DNA of 64,000 bases from Spirochaetia bacterium (GTDB lineage: Bacteria; Spirochaetota; Spirochaetia; SZUA-6; Bin103), in contig CBDBOV010000006.1 in assembly GCA_965208575.1 (NCBI GenBank), positions 416,001 to 480,000 of the forward strand. The letters are read 5' to 3'. How positions within the stretch are numbered: the first letter of the stretch is position 1; the number at the start of each line of letters is the position of its first letter. The notes beneath the pieces were generated by a model that worked only from the letters and a program-made list of their open reading frames with translations, was not told where the DNA came from and did not search any database. The translations under genes and the position numbers were made by a program. Positions 63,419 through 64,000 of this stretch are shown in pieces.

Positions 63419-64000
63419 TCACTCATAGCGCACTCTCGGGTCCAGATAGGAATAGAGCAGGTCGACCAGGAGATTGAACAGCACCACCGCGGTGGCGAAG
63501 AACAGGTTGACCCCGGACACCACCGGGTAGTCTCTGTCTTCCAGTGCAGTCAGCATGAGACGACCCAATCCCGGCAGGTTGAAGATGTTCTCCATGATGA
63601 CGGAGCCACCTATCAGGATCGGCAACTGCAGACCGATCAGGGACACCACCGGGATGAGTGCGTTCTTGACGGCGTGCCGCATGACGACCACCCGCTCTCT
63701 GAGACCCTTCGCCCAGGCGGTCCGGACGTAGTCCTGCCGCAGCACCTCCAGCATCATGGTGCGTGTCATCCGCATGGTGCTGGCAGACAGCGCCGTCGCC
63801 AGAATCAGGCTGGGAATGACCAGGATCCCCAGGTGGGCCCACGGGTCTCCGGTGAAAGGAACCCACTCGATCGGTGGCGTCCAGCGCCACCAGAGGGACG
63901 GGTAGAGCACGACCATGATTGCGAGCCAGAAGTTGGGCGTTGCCAGGCCGAGGATGGCGGCGGAGCGCCCCACGTAGTCGGCGGCCGTATCCTGGCGAAT
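63419..64000 (-). CDS. Peptide/nickel ABC permease (DppB-like), 5' end beyond the window
   Basis: PNFWLA, MLEVLRQDYVRTAWAKGL, HAVKNA, ENIFNLPGLG, RDYPVV, LDPRVRY. Confidence 0.92.
   Translation of the reverse strand: MRQDTAADYVGRSAAILGLATPNFWLAIMVVLYPSLWWRWTPPIEWVPFTGDPWAHLGILVIPSLILATALSASTMRMTRTMMLEVLRQDYVRTAWAKGLRERVVVMRHAVKNALIPVVSLIGLQLPILIGGSVIMENIFNLPGLGRLMLTALEDRDYPVVSGVNLFFATAVVLFNLLVDLLYSYLDPRVRYE

Overview
High-GC bacterial chromosomal window. Spirochaetota is a tentative assignment from an archaeal-type PyrH and the lolA-uvrD neighbourhood; it is not confirmed. Housekeeping content: uvrD/pcrA, lolA, serA-like, pyrH, tRNA-Leu(CAA), argS, fabF-fabG-fabD, fabH, katG, a Liv-type ABC operon, murB, pdxA, sugar and acid catabolic enzymes, and a peptide ABC permease pair. 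Points of interest: (1) a large Ig/SwmB/PKD autotransporter adhesin (52908-58438) has an (AGCGCCAC)7 tract that puts its SD-backed ATG out of frame, and 6 or 9 copies would restore it. The gene is also split by an intact ISKra4-type element (9-bp TSD, 27-bp TIRs) and a 1-nt frameshift, and it lies divergent from a single-chain GAF-PAS-kinase-receiver-OmpR regulator. (2) A selenocysteine formate dehydrogenase missed by the ORF track has an in-frame TGA with an fdhF-like SECIS, and its proximal 4Fe-4S domain sits on a separate gene. (3) A full-length M16/PqqL-like protein has lost all zinc and catalytic residues. (4) Several toxin-antitoxin or defence-like modules: a lower-GC PIN plus large-partner pair, XRE plus nucleotidyltransferase, MazEF, and Rpn with an internal antitoxin start. 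All calls come from motif reading; no database searches were run.
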